Shown one piece after another: positions 61,243 through 64,000 of a DNA stretch of 64,000 bases (its first letter is position 1; the number at the start of each line of letters is the position of its first letter). The DNA comes from Azolla caroliniana (taxonomy: Eukaryota > Plantae > Polypodiophyta), in the NCBI GenBank assembly GCA_043228905.1, contig JBHGNT010000020.1, forward strand, positions 682,001 through 746,000, read 5' to 3'. Under the pieces are notes generated by a model, which searched no databases, had not been told where the DNA came from, and worked only from the letters and a program-made list of their open reading frames with translations. The translations under genes and the position numbers were made by a program.

Positions 61243-64000
61243 TATAGATTCATCTGAGTGTGTGTGTGTGTATACATTGGCCTACATTTTTCTTAACTAT
61301 GAACGGAGCAAATGTCATGCAATATTCTCTCTTGATGTTTTGTTTTAACAAGTTGTATTTTGTGTATTTGAGAGAGAGGATGAAAGGCGTTGCGAGTATC
61401 ATGACGAGCCTTGTAAACATGTAGGCTGAAAGATTCTGTCTTGTGTACATCTTTGAGTATAGTGTCTTAACTTCCCATTTCCTCTTGTTATTATTTGGAA
61501 AGATTCATCCTGCATAGAGTTCATGTGTTTTGCTTTTTTGTTTTGTACAAAGAAGCTAATATAAAAATAAATATTCTTATTATTTTATTTTCAGTCATCT
61601 ATATGTTATCCCTTTATGTCATCAAAAGGTTTCTTGATGATGCTTAAATCATTGTATTAATGATCCCATTACTTCAATAGATTCTTTTCATAGAGTTTCA
61701 TTTATCATCATTGTTCTTATATTTGGGAATTTCAAACTACAGATTCTGGAATGCTTTGAATAGGCTCATATAATCTATCTTTCATCCCTTTATTTCATGA
61801 AAATATTTATTAATCGTCCCTTTATTGTTAATGATGATGTTACCTTGATAGATTCTACATGTAGTTCCATTTATTGTCATTGTATTATGTTTGGGAGTCT
61901 CGAACTACCACATCTAGTATGCTTTGAATAGGGTCAAGTCTTTGTCTTATTGATGTTATGACAAAGAGAGAGAGAGAGAGAGAAAGATACAGAAAGCTTT
62001 TTTGTTGTAACCACCAGTTGGCGAAGATACAAAGCTTGAGGTAGTTGCCTCTGAGTTCCCCATTGTACCCTTCCTCTCTCATAATGATAGTTGGAGTCTG
62101 TGGGCTCCCGTGGTTTTTCCCGACTAGGGTTTTCCACGTAAATATTCGATGTCGTGTTTGTTGTCTGTGCAAGTGCATTGTTATTTTCTGTTTATCTCTT
62201 CCATCATGTGCTTGAGACTCGGTTGTGGCCGAGCACTATTTATATCATCTCTCTTGGGGAATGTGAAGATTCATTAGTCATGGGGAATATGGAACTCATT
62301 AGTTATCTGTCATAGAATATGATTCTATGACATATAGTTAATGTGTAGAAATTAGTGGTGAGACTTTTGACCTTTGAGTGCTTATAGATTCTCAACGGGT
62401 GTGTTCACACACAATGCGAACTTGAGCTTGATTCTCAACACGCCCCCTCAAGCTCAACTTGGGTCAGTTCCTTTTGGTTGATGTCCACTTCAGCTAGTAT
62501 TCGGTTCTGACGATATCCGGTGTCCACTTCGGTTGGTACCCAGTTCAGACGGTTTCCGGTCCTCTCTTGTACTCCCCCTCAAGCTTGGAAAGTCATGGAT
62601 AATCAATCCAAGGTTTGACATGAATTGCCGAAGCTTGTTAGCTCCTAGGGCTTTGGTGAAGATGTCGGCCATTTGAAGATTTGTGTTGATGTGTTGAAGG
62701 TCGACATCTCCAGCCTGAACGCACTCTCGAATGAAGTGATAGTGCACTTCGATATGTTTCGTGCGTGTGTGGAACACCGGGTTCCGAGCCAGATGAATAT
62801 TGCTCATGTTGTCATAGTAAAGGGGAATCAGATCCTTGATGGGAACGCCCAGATCCCTCAAACTCCTCTTGAGCCATACGGCTTCACATGAAGCCATCGC
62901 TGCACCTCTGTATTCGGCCTCTGTGATTGAAAGTGCAATAGTCGACTACTTCTTTCTACTCGACGAAATCGCTCTGCTGCTGAGGGAGAAAACAAATCAG
63001 GAGGTCGATTGTCAATCGGCTCTGTAGCCGACCCAATCGGCATCTGTGTACCCTTTGCGTCGAATTGGTGTGGCCGATTCGTAGAGAATATCACAATCCA
63101 TTGTGTCGCTCATGTATCGTAATACTCACTTAGTGCAATCCAAGTGAATGTCTCGTGGTTTTTGCATGAATTGGCTGAGGAGATTGATCGGGTAGCTAAG
63201 GTCGGGTGGAGTGATTGTGAGATAGATGAGGCTCCCGATTAGTTGTCGATACTGAGTCGGCTTGCACTCTTCTGTGTTGGAGTCGACATCAAGTTTGCGA
63301 TTTCGATCGAGAGGGGTTGCCACATGTTTACACTCAGTCATCCTGAACTTGTATCACAAGTTAAGGATGTAGTGTTGTTGAGAGATCATAATGCTAACTG
63401 CAGTCTGAATTACCTCGATGCCAAGGAAGTAATGGAGCTCCTTCATGTTCGTCATCTTGAATTTTCTAGAGAGGAGGGACTTGACCTTGTTGATGTCGAC
63501 TAGACTTTCACCTCCAATGACCAGATCCTCCACATATACGATGATGACAATCAAACTTCCTGAATCGCTTCTTGTGTAGAGGGAGTTGTCAGATTTCGAC
63601 ATTTAGAAGCCGATTTGATGAAGATATTGTGTTATCTTCGAATGACAAGCACGTGGTGCTTGCTTAAGGTGCCTCAGTTAAATTCCTAATATCTCTTGGA
63701 TATGAAAATATTTTAAGATATGAAATTGTTGTGGAAATTAGGCATAATTTTCATGACATGGAATCAAGACTAAGATGATGATCTCAATTACATTTAGTAA
63801 ACATTTTGGTGATCCAACTTCCATGCTAGAATAGAACACATTGGTAGCATATTAGTCCTATTCTCAAAAGATCATTGAAGTTGTTCATCAACTTTTTCTT
63901 TGAAGAGTGTGTCATGTAGATTAATTGTTATGTATGATGCCCATGAGCTTTAGATTATGGGTTCAAAGGTTAAGCAGACTTCAATGAGATCCCTCTCCAT

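Larger units (their letters stand above)
54999..62247 (+). mobile_element. Complete but decayed Ty1/Copia element (Tnt1/Tork-like)
   Basis: 5' LTR 54999-55546; PBS TGGTATCAAAGC (tRNA-iMet type, 55550-55561); gag-PR-IN-RT-RH fragments (LLGSLPDSW, WVIDSG, LWHKRLCH, VHTDVC, NGVAERMNRT, QLDV..AFLHG, YVDD, ..MLTK); PPT 60489-60500; 3' LTR 60501-62247 with an insertion; perfect TSD TCTCT. Confidence 0.93.
54555..63670 (-). mobile_element. Ty1/Copia element, 3' portion: RT-RNaseH 62490-63670; 3' LTR split into 62253-62440 and 54555-54998
   Basis: LKQAPRA, SDNSLY, YVEDL, YFLGIEV, YRQLIGSLIYL, DNMSNIHLARNPVFHTRTKHIEVHYHFIRE, ADIFTK. PPT at 62441-62454; LTR starts TGTTG at 62440 and ends CAACA at 54555 on the minus strand. 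Confidence 0.85.

Overview
Repeat-rich eukaryotic nuclear DNA from a land plant. It is probably a non-seed plant such as a fern or lycophyte, inferred from the transposon lineages and gene families and not proven. There are four apparently intact host genes: a 6-exon steroleosin/11-beta-HSD-like SDR (7446-9422 +), an intronless multi-pass membrane protein resembling Arabidopsis At1g57680 (15346-16290 +), a 2-exon ARM-repeat protein (34321-36192 +) and a 906-aa low-complexity DUF761-type protein (43162-45882 -). The rest is mostly nested transposons, microsatellites and minisatellites. At the left end two related Gypsy elements are nested in an LTR remnant beside an L1-type LINE. A complete but mutated Tcn1-like chromovirus (21055-26698 -, TSD GAGAC) and two internally deleted LTR elements sit inside LINEs, and a hAT MITE lies at 9745-10108. 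At the right end an RTEX-like LINE is hit by a minus-strand Copia, whose LTR is split by a plus-strand Copia (54999-62247, TSD TCTCT) carrying a solo LTR, a ~960-bp internal duplication and a captured DnaJ fragment. The most unusual signal is an antisense tRNA-like A-box/B-box module at the U3 end of two LTR families. One of these elements also has a self-priming PBS and a -1 frameshift signal. All coordinates and mismatch counts were read by eye.
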